Virus record (IMG/VR): IMGVR_UViG_2609459792_000013
Direction: 5' to 3' (one strand)
DNA length: 36,682 nucleotides
Source: a virus
Taxonomy: Duplodnaviria; Heunggongvirae; Uroviricota; Caudoviricetes
Positions 18,196 through 25,971 of this stretch are shown here, piece by piece. The translations under genes were made by a program, and so were the position numbers. Under the pieces are notes generated by a model. It was not told the DNA's origin. It did no database searches and saw only the letters and a list, made by a program, of their open reading frames with translations. Position 1 is the first letter of the stretch. Each line of letters opens with the position of its first letter.

Positions 18196-18631
18196 ACTGC
18201 AGAAGGTGGACGACTGGCTGAGTGCTTTGCTGGCGAATCTGGAGCCAGCCGCAAGAAGCCGCATGATGCGCCAGCTGGCGCAGGAACTGCGCCGGACACA
18301 GCAGCAGAACATCAGGATGCAGCGCAATCCAGATGGCAGCAGTTATGAACCGCGCAGGGCAACAGCACGCAGCAAAAAGGGGCACATCAAACGTCAGATG
18401 TTTACAAAGCTGCGCACCTCTAAATACCTTCAAACTACCGCCAGCGCCGATTCTGCCAGCGTGCAGTTTGAAGGTAAGGTGCAGCGCATTGCACGCGTTC
18501 ACCATTACGGCCTGCGTGATCGCGTCAGTCGTCATAGTTTTAAAGTGAAATATGCGCAACGGCGTCTTCTAGGCGTTAATAAAGACATAGAAATTTGGGT
18601 TCGAAACACACTGAAGCACTGGCTTGTTTAG
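18188..18631 (+). CDS. S: Tail completion protein S (gpS-like)
   Basis: 147 aa, GTG start overlapping the R stop; position as in P2. Confidence 0.8.
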   Translation: MAELQKVDDWLSALLANLEPAARSRMMRQLAQELRRTQQQNIRMQRNPDGSSYEPRRATARSKKGHIKRQMFTKLRTSKYLQTTASADSASVQFEGKVQRIARVHHYGLRDRVSRHSFKVKYAQRRLLGVNKDIEIWVRNTLKHWLV

Positions 18632-18645
18632 TGCTTCAGTGTGTT
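18605..18645. other. Perfect 16-bp inverted repeat (9-nt loop) at the convergent S / cargo-gene junction
   Basis: AACACACTGAAGCACT (18605-18620) and AGTGCTTCAGTGTGTT (18630-18645) are exact reverse complements; spans the S stop codon; no clear U-tract on either strand. Confidence 0.4.
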
Positions 18646-18656
18646 AAAACAGAAGA

Positions 18657-20408
18657 CTATTGGTTGAATATGAAGCTGATAATATTTTCAGGAGTGAGCT
18701 CTATGTTTTTTTTATTAAGTTTTTGAATGTACATTTTATATTTCATTTCAACGTTTCGGAAGCCTTGCGCAACAGAAAGTATTTCTACAGGATGAGATGA
18801 AAGTTTTATTAAGGAGTTAATGACTGTATCTAGGTAGATGTGAGCATGTTCAACTAAAACATTTGTTTTTGATGGGGTTTTTCCAGTGTGAACTATCAAG
18901 TTTCTAGTTCTATATATTCTCCTAATTTGCCAGTTGATTCTTTCTGCATGATTTTTAAGTGCCTGATACATAGTATCAGTTGAGGAAATTAAATTGCTAA
19001 TATATTCAAATCTCTCTTTCAATAACGGAAATTGTGATAGTTCTATCTTAAACTGATTGATGCTAGGGGCATGTTCTTGCGAAGCAACAAGAATTACAAA
19101 TGATTTGGCTGCATCGCTATCTCCAATTAGTCTTAGAAGTGACATGGTTCGAGGATGATTCCATCGTTGTAAGTCTTTTATAAGATTCCTTACTAGGTCT
19201 TCAATATAATTCAGGTTTAAAAATGGTGTTAATGAATTAACGATATGTTCTATCGTGGATTGTTCTTCTTTTTTTGATTCGTCGGGGATGAGTGATTCAA
19301 TAGCAATCCATAAATTTAAAAGCTGATTTTCTACAGCATTTGTCTGTAGTGCCATTGAATGTAATTGTACACTTCTTATGAATTTATTGAAAGAATCCTT
19401 GCGCATTCTGAAATTATTCATGAATTGTTCGAGTCTTCTGCTTGCGTGTTCCTGAACCAGATCCTTGCAGCGGTGCATTGGGTTTATGCTGCTTCTTATA
19501 TTGATTTTTTCACCATTTTCACTAACTACAATGTTCTCTGCAGACCATGATGCTTCTTGCTTATGATGATAGAGAGAAAGCAAAGTTGATGCGAGCTTTA
19601 AGTTTCTTTCAGCTACCCTTCTAGCCGTGAATGGATCAAGTGCTTTAACATGCTTAACTAAAATAGTTCGTTGTTCATGATTATCGAAGAAATCTGTTTC
19701 ATTAATATTTTCGGGGGTTTCAAGAACAACCTCAATTTCTAATTGTGATAAGCATGGAGTAATATAACTAAAAGATTTGTCAGCATTGAAATAAACTGAA
19801 TATTCTTGTGTCTCTGAGGGGATGTTCTCTAGGAATGTAATAATCTCTTCATTTGAACTGATCTCTCGTTCTCTTTGGAAGAAATGTTTTTTTAGACTTT
19901 CCATCAAATATTCTTGACTTAATCCTTTTGATATTAGATGGGTAATCAACAGTCTTGTAAACTTTCGAATTTTATTTGGGTTGTATTCTGAAGTTATTGT
20001 AGAGCAAAGTTCACTGATGAGTTTGCTTTCATAATTACCAACATTAAGTTGAACTCTCAGTAATTCAAGAGTTATTTTTAGATTTTTATTTCCTAACTGA
20101 TTGTTTTGGAGTTGATCTAAAAATGAACCTAAAGGGTTTTTTAGAAGACTGATTGCGATGTCATCATTCTTAATATTTTTAGTTAATTCGTCAATGACGT
20201 GGGATATATGTGCGGGGCTTATGTTGCCTTTTTCTATATCATCGATTGTTGATATTGCTTCTATACATAAACTTGGAGTGTTCATTATAGAAGGTTTATA
20301 TGTACTATGGGTGTAATCAAAGAGAAGTTCCTCCATTAACTCGGTGAAATAAATAAGCGCAGTGCATTGTTCAATATGATTCCAGTTGTGTAGTCTTCTA
20401 AATTTCAT
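18657..20408 (-). CDS. Cargo protein (583 aa) antisense to the late operon in the S-V moron slot; candidate HEPN-like abortive-infection protein
   Basis: Very AT-rich ORF; ATG at 20408 (MKFRRLHNWNH...). The track TTG start at 20528 would overlap gpV and is rejected. C-terminal motif IRRIYRTRNLIVHTGK matches R-N-x3-H-x-G; no Walker A motif. Confidence 0.8.
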   Translation of the reverse strand: MKFRRLHNWNHIEQCTALIYFTELMEELLFDYTHSTYKPSIMNTPSLCIEAISTIDDIEKGNISPAHISHVIDELTKNIKNDDIAISLLKNPLGSFLDQLQNNQLGNKNLKITLELLRVQLNVGNYESKLISELCSTITSEYNPNKIRKFTRLLITHLISKGLSQEYLMESLKKHFFQREREISSNEEIITFLENIPSETQEYSVYFNADKSFSYITPCLSQLEIEVVLETPENINETDFFDNHEQRTILVKHVKALDPFTARRVAERNLKLASTLLSLYHHKQEASWSAENIVVSENGEKINIRSSINPMHRCKDLVQEHASRRLEQFMNNFRMRKDSFNKFIRSVQLHSMALQTNAVENQLLNLWIAIESLIPDESKKEEQSTIEHIVNSLTPFLNLNYIEDLVRNLIKDLQRWNHPRTMSLLRLIGDSDAAKSFVILVASQEHAPSINQFKIELSQFPLLKERFEYISNLISSTDTMYQALKNHAERINWQIRRIYRTRNLIVHTGKTPSKTNVLVEHAHIYLDTVINSLIKLSSHPVEILSVAQGFRNVEMKYKMYIQKLNKKNIELTPENIISFIFNQ

Positions 20409-20452
20409 ATTAATACCTTGTTTTGTGAAGCTTGAATTTACCTTTAGCGCAT

Positions 20453-20470
20453 TGTTTGTTGCTTCATACA
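20453..20470. promoter_or_regulatory. TGT-N12-ACA dyad between the cargo gene and V (late-promoter activator site candidate)
   Basis: TGTTTGTTGCTTCATACA, with flanking extended symmetry TGTTTG...CAAACA. Centre is 55.5 bp from the V ATG (20517) and 53.5 bp from the cargo ATG (20408). Confidence 0.45.
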
Positions 20471-20516
20471 AACATGGTTTGTTTGTGATCTCAAGTGTTT
20501 GATTAAGAATTTGAGA

Positions 20517-21095
20517 ATGAACGTACAACTCACGGAAATCATGCGCCTTATCACCAATCTGATCCGCACAGGGGTAGTCACCGAAGTGGACCGGGAAAAC
20601 TGGCTTTGCAGGGTGAAAACGGGCGAGCTTGAAACCAACTGGATCAGCTGGCTGACGCTACGTGCCGGAAATGCCCGGACATGGTGGCGACCATCGGAAG
20701 GTGAGCAGGTGGTGCTGCTGAGTCTGGGCGGCAATCTGGAGACCGCCTTTGCGCTGCCCGCTGTCTATTCGAATCAGTTCGCACCACCGTCGACGTCGGC
20801 GGACGCCTGCGTGACAGAACATCCTGACGGTGGCTGGTTTGAATACGAACCCGCCACCGGGCGCTGGTATGTCAGGGGCATCAAATCAATGGTCATTGAG
20901 GCCGCTGACAACATCACCCTGAAAACCAGTGAGTTTGTACTGGAGGCTGACCGCACGCGCATTAACAGTGAAGTGGTGATCAATGGTGGAGTTACCCAGG
21001 GCGGCGGAGCGATGAGTTCTAACGGGATCGTGGTTGATGCGCATCAGCATACTGGCGTCCTGAAAGGCGGCGATACAACCGGAGGCCCGGTATGA
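20517..21095 (+). CDS. V: Baseplate spike protein (gpV-like)
   Basis: N-terminus MNVQLTEIMRLITNLIRTGVVTEVD resembles recalled P2 V; an alternative start at 20541 is possible. Confidence 0.8.
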   Translation: MNVQLTEIMRLITNLIRTGVVTEVDRENWLCRVKTGELETNWISWLTLRAGNARTWWRPSEGEQVVLLSLGGNLETAFALPAVYSNQFAPPSTSADACVTEHPDGGWFEYEPATGRWYVRGIKSMVIEAADNITLKTSEFVLEADRTRINSEVVINGGVTQGGGAMSSNGIVVDAHQHTGVLKGGDTTGGPV

Positions 21096-21451
21096 CGCTT
21101 TATAGTGGGATGAACAATACCAGCGGCAAAGCCATTACTGATATTGACCATCTGCGCCAGTCGGTGCGGGACATTCTGCTGACGCCGCAGGGTAGCCGCA
21201 TTGCTCGCCGTGAATATGGTTCCCTGCTGTCGGCACTGATAGACCAGCCACAAAATCCGGCGTTACGCCTGCAGGTCATGTCGACAGTGTATGTGGCGCT
21301 GAGTCGCTGGGAGCCACGGCTGACGCTGGACTCCATCACCATTAACAGCAATTTTGACGGTTCAATGGTGGTGGGACTGACTGGGCGGCGTAATAACGGT
21401 GTGCCTGTTTCCCTTTCCGTATCAACAGGAGCAGAGAATGGCAGTGATTGA
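21092..21451 (+). CDS. W: Baseplate wedge protein (gpW-like, gp25 family)
   Basis: 119 aa; start overlaps the V stop; position as in P2. Confidence 0.8.
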   Translation: MTLYSGMNNTSGKAITDIDHLRQSVRDILLTPQGSRIARREYGSLLSALIDQPQNPALRLQVMSTVYVALSRWEPRLTLDSITINSNFDGSMVVGLTGRRNNGVPVSLSVSTGAENGSD

Positions 21452-22346
21452 CCTTTCGCAGTTGCCTGCGCCGCAGATTGTCGATGTGCCGGACTTTGAG
21501 ACGTTGCTTGCCGAACGCAAGGCCGAATTTGTTGCGCTTCATCCGAAAGATGAGCAGGAAGCAGTGATCCGCACGCTTGAACTGGAATCTGAACCCGTCA
21601 CCAAATTGCTGCAGGAGAACGCTTACCGTGAGTTGCTTCTGCGCCAGCGCATTAACGAAGCCGCGCAGGCTGTGATGGTGGCTTACGCTATGGGCAGCGA
21701 TCTTGACCAGCTCGCTGCCAACTACAACGTGAAACGCCTGACGGTGACGCCTGCTGATAATGACGCTGTGCCGCCCGTTGCAGCTGTGATGGAAAGCGAT
21801 GAAGCGTTACGCCTGCGTGTGCCTGCAGCCTTTGAAGGGCTTTCAGTTGCGGGGCCAACTGCAGCTTATGAATTTCATGCCCGAAGCGCCGACGGTCGGG
21901 TGGCGGATGCCAGTGCAACCAGCCCGGCACCTGCAGAGGTGGTGCTGACTGTCCTTAGCCGCGAAGGCGATGGAACTGCAGAAAAAGATCTGCTGGACGT
22001 GGTGGAAAAAGCTCTGAACAGTGAGAACGTCCGCCCGGTGGCTGACCGTCTGACGGTTCGCAGCGCAGAAATCATCCCGTATCGCGTGGAAGCCACCATT
22101 TTTCTCTATCCGGGACCGGAAGCAGAGCCGGTAATGGCAGCGGCAAAAGCCAGCCTGCAGAAGTACATCGCCAGTCAGACGCGTCTTGGTCGGGATATTC
22201 GCCGTAGCGCCATCTTTGCCGCCCTGCATGTTGAGGGTGTGCAGCGTGTGGAGCTGGCTTCTCCTCTGGCGGATGTGGTCCTGAACAAAACACAGGCGGC
22301 ATCATGTACGCAGTGGAGCGTAACCAACGGAGGAACGGATGAATAG
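21438..22346 (+). CDS. J: Baseplate protein (gpJ-like)
   Basis: ATG at 21438 (MAVIDLSQLPAP...), about 302 aa; track ORF begins upstream at 21399. Confidence 0.8.
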   Translation: MAVIDLSQLPAPQIVDVPDFETLLAERKAEFVALHPKDEQEAVIRTLELESEPVTKLLQENAYRELLLRQRINEAAQAVMVAYAMGSDLDQLAANYNVKRLTVTPADNDAVPPVAAVMESDEALRLRVPAAFEGLSVAGPTAAYEFHARSADGRVADASATSPAPAEVVLTVLSREGDGTAEKDLLDVVEKALNSENVRPVADRLTVRSAEIIPYRVEATIFLYPGPEAEPVMAAAKASLQKYIASQTRLGRDIRRSAIFAALHVEGVQRVELASPLADVVLNKTQAASCTQWSVTNGGTDE

Positions 22347-22944
22347 TCTGCTGCCACCGGGTTCAACACCACTGGAGCGCCGACTGGCGCAAACCTGCAG
22401 CGGGATTTCTGATCTGCAGGTGCCGCTTCGTGACTTGTGGAATCCGGCAACCTGCCCGGTCAGTTTCCTGCCTTATCTCGCCTGGGCGTTCTCTGTGGAT
22501 CGCTGGGACGAGGGCTGGACAGAAAGCGTCAAGCGCCAGGTGGTGAAGGATGCTTTTTATATTCATCAGCATAAAGGGACCACCAGTGCCGTGCGTCGGG
22601 TGGTGGAGCCGTTCGGCTTTCTGATCCGCATTATTGAGTGGTGGCAGACCGGAGAGACACCGGGCACGTTTCGTCTGGATATCGGCGTGCAGGACCAGGG
22701 CATCACTGAAGATACCTATCTGGAACTTGAGCGACTGATAAGCGATGCCAAACCATGTAGCCGTCACATGATCGGCATGTCCATCAACCTGCAGACCAGC
22801 GGCCCGCATTGGGTGGGAGCCGCCAGCTATCTTGGCGAAGAAATCACGATCTATCCGTATATCAACGAAACAATTATTTCCGGCGGCACCGCGCATGAAG
22901 GCGGGGCGGTCCATGTTATTGACACAATGAGAGTGAATCCATGA
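22339..22944 (+). CDS. I: Baseplate protein (gpI-like)
   Basis: 201 aa; overlaps the J stop and the H start. Confidence 0.8.
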   Translation: MNSLLPPGSTPLERRLAQTCSGISDLQVPLRDLWNPATCPVSFLPYLAWAFSVDRWDEGWTESVKRQVVKDAFYIHQHKGTTSAVRRVVEPFGFLIRIIEWWQTGETPGTFRLDIGVQDQGITEDTYLELERLISDAKPCSRHMIGMSINLQTSGPHWVGAASYLGEEITIYPYINETIISGGTAHEGGAVHVIDTMRVNP

Positions 22945-24380
22945 GCACAAAATTTTATACCCTGCTGACGGATATTGGCGCGGCGAAACTTGCCAGCGCC
23001 GCCGCGCTCGGTGTGCCTTTAAAAATTACCCATATGGCGGTCGGCGATGGCGGCGGAACATTGCCAACGCCGGACGCAAAGCAGACAGCATTAGTAAATG
23101 AGAAACGCCGGGCTGCGCTGAATATGCTCTATATCGACCCGCAGAACAGCAGCCAGATTATTGCTGAACAGGTGATCCCTGAAAACGAGGGCGGTTGGTG
23201 GATACGTGAAGTGGGCCTGTTTGATGAGTCCGGGGCATTGATTGCCGTGGGCAACTGCCCGGAAAGCTATAAGCCGCAACTGGCTGAAGGCAGCGGGCGT
23301 ACCCAGACCGTGCGCATGGTGCTGATTACCAGCAGCACGGACAATATCACCCTGAAAATCGACCCTGCCGTAGTGCTGGCAACCCGCAAGTATGTGGATG
23401 ACAAGGTACTGGAGCTGAAGGTGTACGTAGATGACCTGATGGCAAAACATCTTGCTGCACAGGACCCACATTCACAGTACGCGCCAAAAGCCAGCCCGAC
23501 ATTTACCGGAACCCCCAAAGCGCCAACGCCAGCGGCGGGGAATAATACCACGCAGGTTGCGACCACTGCGTTTGTACAGGCGGCACTGACGGCCCTTATT
23601 AATGGTGCGCCAGCCACGCTGGACACGCTGAAAGAAATAGCCGCAGCCATTAACAATGATCCGAATTTCAGTACCACCATTAACAATGCGCTGGCACTAA
23701 AAGCACCGTTGTCGAGTCCGGCACTCACCGGAACGCCAACAGCCCCCACGGCGGCGCAGTCGGTCAACAATACACAGATTGCCACTACGGCTTTTGTGAA
23801 ATCGGCGATTGCAGGAATGGTGGGTTCTGCACCTGCTGCACTGGATACACTGAACGAACTGGCGGCGGCACTGGGGAATGATCCGAACTTTGCCACGACA
23901 ATGCTTAATGCGCTGGCAGGTAAACAACCGCTGGACAATACGCTTACCAATTTGAGTGGAAAGGATGTGGCTGGTCTTCTCGCATACCTTGGTTTGGGAG
24001 AAGCGGCAACGAGGAACGTCGGAACGGATACCGGGCAAGTACCAGATATGAGTAGTTTTACAACGGGGCACTCTGGAGCAGCAGACTGGCCGATTCCTAA
24101 ATCTGGATGGAGTAAGGGGCCGGAAGGGGTAATTACACAATGGGGTATTTTCGGTTTCCCCGTTGGACAGACAGGGACGAATGTTGTTTTCCCGCTACCT
24201 TTCCCCGCGCGGGTCGAATCAATTACACTGACAATGGCAGATATCCAGGAGTCTCTGCTTTCTCCAGCAACCATGCCTGCTTATGGAGTTAACTCAACTG
24301 GTACTTCAAGAACGGGTTTTACAGCCCGTATGTCAGGCGCCGGTGGGTTTAATCTTTGCTATATAGCGAAAGGGAGATAA
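22941..24380 (+). CDS. H: Tail fibre protein (gpH-like); C-terminal about 130 aa lie inside the invertible segment
   Basis: 479 aa with Ala/Thr-rich repeats (TAFVQAALTAL, TAFVKSAIAGM) typical of tail fibres. The hix-like crossover site falls at codons 350-354 (LGLGE). Confidence 0.8.
   Translation: MSTKFYTLLTDIGAAKLASAAALGVPLKITHMAVGDGGGTLPTPDAKQTALVNEKRRAALNMLYIDPQNSSQIIAEQVIPENEGGWWIREVGLFDESGALIAVGNCPESYKPQLAEGSGRTQTVRMVLITSSTDNITLKIDPAVVLATRKYVDDKVLELKVYVDDLMAKHLAAQDPHSQYAPKASPTFTGTPKAPTPAAGNNTTQVATTAFVQAALTALINGAPATLDTLKEIAAAINNDPNFSTTINNALALKAPLSSPALTGTPTAPTAAQSVNNTQIATTAFVKSAIAGMVGSAPAALDTLNELAAALGNDPNFATTMLNALAGKQPLDNTLTNLSGKDVAGLLAYLGLGEAATRNVGTDTGQVPDMSSFTTGHSGAADWPIPKSGWSKGPEGVITQWGIFGFPVGQTGTNVVFPLPFPARVESITLTMADIQESLLSPATMPAYGVNSTGTSRTGFTARMSGAGGFNLCYIAKGR
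23977..24002. other. Left recombination site of the invertible segment (hix/gix-like, inside H)
   Basis: TTCTCGCATACC TT GGTTTGGGAGAA. Its reverse complement shares 14 consecutive nt (TTCTCCCAAACCAA) with the right site; 15-bp identical core is 23989-24003. Confidence 0.6.
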
Positions 24381-24384
24381 CAGA

Positions 24385-24828
24385 ATGAATAAAGTTAAAA
24401 GTGTTTACAGCCCGTCCGAAAATGCAATCTACAACGCAGCGCTATATGAAAGTTATATCAAGGAGGGGACATGGCCGCAGGATGGTATTGAAATCAGCGA
24501 TGAGGATGCTGTCAGATTTAATGGGGGAAATAAGCCAACAGGAAAAATGCTGGGAATGGTTTCAGGGACCCTTGCATGGGTTGATGAGCCGCCGCTTTCA
24601 CCAGAACAGAAAATATCAGATGCAGAAAACATGAAAGCCACATTTCGTGCAAAAGCTGACAGTGAAATATCCTGGCGTCAGGATGCTGTTGATGCTGGTA
24701 TCGCAACTGATGAAGAAACTTCAACTCTCACCCAATGGAAGAAATACCGTGTGCTGCTGATGCGTGTTGATACATCAACAGCCCCCGATATTGAATGGCC
24801 TACACCTCCGGCAGTTCAGGCCAGATGA
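24385..24828 (+). CDS. G: Tail fibre assembly chaperone (gpG/Tfa-like)
   Basis: 147 aa directly after H; C-terminal DTSTAPDIEWP motif is shared with the minus-strand Tfa'. Confidence 0.75.
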   Translation: MNKVKSVYSPSENAIYNAALYESYIKEGTWPQDGIEISDEDAVRFNGGNKPTGKMLGMVSGTLAWVDEPPLSPEQKISDAENMKATFRAKADSEISWRQDAVDAGIATDEETSTLTQWKKYRVLLMRVDTSTAPDIEWPTPPAVQAR

Positions 24829-25402
24829 CATCCGGCGCGGTGCTGGTATCTGTTGCCGTCACCGCGTCAATGTAATCCAGCACGGCGTTAAGGCGGGTGG
24901 TTTCTGCCTGCGTCAGCCTCCGCCCGGCCTGTAATTTCAGCTGAATCAGACTGATGGAAGCCATTGCAGCATCAATCAGTGACTGGCGCTGTGCTTCTGC
25001 CGCGTCTACTGCGGCGCAATGCTGTGCCTCAGTATCGGTCACCCATTTCTCACCATCCCATTTATCGTATGGCGTTAACGGGGCGATAGTGGTTGTATTT
25101 TCGGGGTAATCACCCGGAGCTGTGATTTCTTTGGCGTCTCCCGTTTCGGTGTTATAGACGATTTCACCGCGATGGTCTGGCACATATTCCCATGAATTTA
25201 AATCCACAGAGCGACAAATTGCATAACCAGCCTTGTATATGCCAGGTGCCTCCAGACAGGAAAATGCCGGAATACCGACACCCACAGCAAGATATTCAGT
25301 TGATGTGGAAATATATTCCCGTATTTCGCCATCATAGTTATAGACGGTAATATTCCCCGCCTTTGTAGCAATAAACTCGCTATTTAATACAGCGTTATCC
25401 AT
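24800..25402 (-). CDS. Alternative tail fibre assembly chaperone (Tfa'), for the inverted orientation
   Basis: 200 aa; C-terminus DTSTAPDVIWPELP; its 3' end overlaps the plus-strand tfa 3' end by 29 bp (convergent). Confidence 0.75.
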   Translation of the reverse strand: MDNAVLNSEFIATKAGNITVYNYDGEIREYISTSTEYLAVGVGIPAFSCLEAPGIYKAGYAICRSVDLNSWEYVPDHRGEIVYNTETGDAKEITAPGDYPENTTTIAPLTPYDKWDGEKWVTDTEAQHCAAVDAAEAQRQSLIDAAMASISLIQLKLQAGRRLTQAETTRLNAVLDYIDAVTATDTSTAPDVIWPELPEV

Positions 25403-25893
25403 TATGCAGCCCTCACGATATAGTTAAATGCAATATTCCGTGGACGGGTTTCATTTATCCCATATGCTGTTGTTCTCTGATTCCCGACAAAATATCCATT
25501 TGGATTAGAAGATACAGAATAATCATCAAAATCAAGTGGGCTATCAGCACCCGGCGTCAGGCTTGCAATATATCCTCTTCCCATAACTTCTGATGCTGGT
25601 ATTTCTTTTGTACGATAATCACTAACTCTGAAGAGCTGCCCTTGGTGGGTGTGTGATTCCACTCCTCCATTCTGAAGACTTAGCAAGGCACGTACAGCAT
25701 CAATACCACGCCCGTCATCCCAGCCACGAATAAATTCACCGCGTAAATCAGGCAATTTATTTGTCGGGTAAGCCTTTGCCAGTTCCGGGTATTCTTCAGC
25801 AGAAAAAGCTGCACCGTTGCATTTCAGCCAGCCTGTTGGCGGTGTGGCTGAAGGCCATGGAACAGGCACACCAACAGGTAATGCAGAGCCTTC
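25402..25893 (-). CDS. Alternative tail fibre C-terminal (receptor-binding) module H', start-less; expressed only after inversion fuses it to the constant gpH N-terminus
   Basis: Open frame runs from the right hix-like site (codons GLGE in the same phase and with the same nucleotides as gpH 351-354) to the stop at 25402. The track ORF's first 17 codons lie at or beyond the crossover and are not a real start. Confidence 0.6.
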   Translation of the reverse strand, partial: EGSALPVGVPVPWPSATPPTGWLKCNGAAFSAEEYPELAKAYPTNKLPDLRGEFIRGWDDGRGIDAVRALLSLQNGGVESHTHQGQLFRVSDYRTKEIPASEVMGRGYIASLTPGADSPLDFDDYSVSSNPNGYFVGNQRTTAYGINETRPRNIAFNYIVRAA

Positions 25894-25916
25894 TCCCAAA
25901 CCAACGTTTATGAAAA
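25891..25916. other. Right recombination site of the invertible segment (hix/gix-like)
   Basis: TTCTCCCAAACC AA CGTTTATGAAAA resembles the hix/gix consensus TTATCAAAAACC AA GGTTTTTGATAA; about 55 bp upstream of the invertase start. Confidence 0.6.
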
Positions 25917-25971
25917 TGCAGAGATAATGACTAACTGGCATCATCTCCGGTTTTTATTCAGGGGGATGCTC

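Larger units (their letters stand above)
23989..25904. mobile_element. Invertible tail-fibre (host-range) segment, Mu G / P1 C / e14 Pin type
   Basis: Bounded by inverted 26-bp hix-like sites. Holds the gpH C-terminus and a tfa gene on plus, and an alternative tfa plus start-less H' C-terminus on minus; the invertase gene is immediately to the right. Confidence 0.65.

Noticed and set aside
20409-20528. N-terminal 40-codon extension of the antisense cargo ORF (track TTG start at 20528)
   Set aside because: It would overlap the gpV start on the opposite strand and swallow the intergenic dyad; the ATG at 20408 has an RBS-like AAGG upstream and leaves a normal divergent intergenic region.
23161-23190. 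gix-like sequence CCTGAAAACGAGGGCGGTTGG inside the 5' part of gene H
   Set aside because: Only a partial resemblance, with a 4-bp insertion relative to the consensus and no inverted partner near the invertase; the pair at 23977-24002 and 25891-25916 fits better.
23267-24274. 335-aa minus-strand ORF and other antisense ORFs inside tail fibre gene H
   Set aside because: Antisense to a confidently called structural gene; Ala/Gly-rich low-complexity translation typical of spurious frames.
25894-25944. First 17 codons of the track ORF 25402..25944 (MMPVSHYLCIFINVGLG)
   Set aside because: These codons lie at or beyond the hix-like crossover and a stop occurs just upstream; H' is better interpreted as a start-less alternative C-terminus fused to gpH by inversion.
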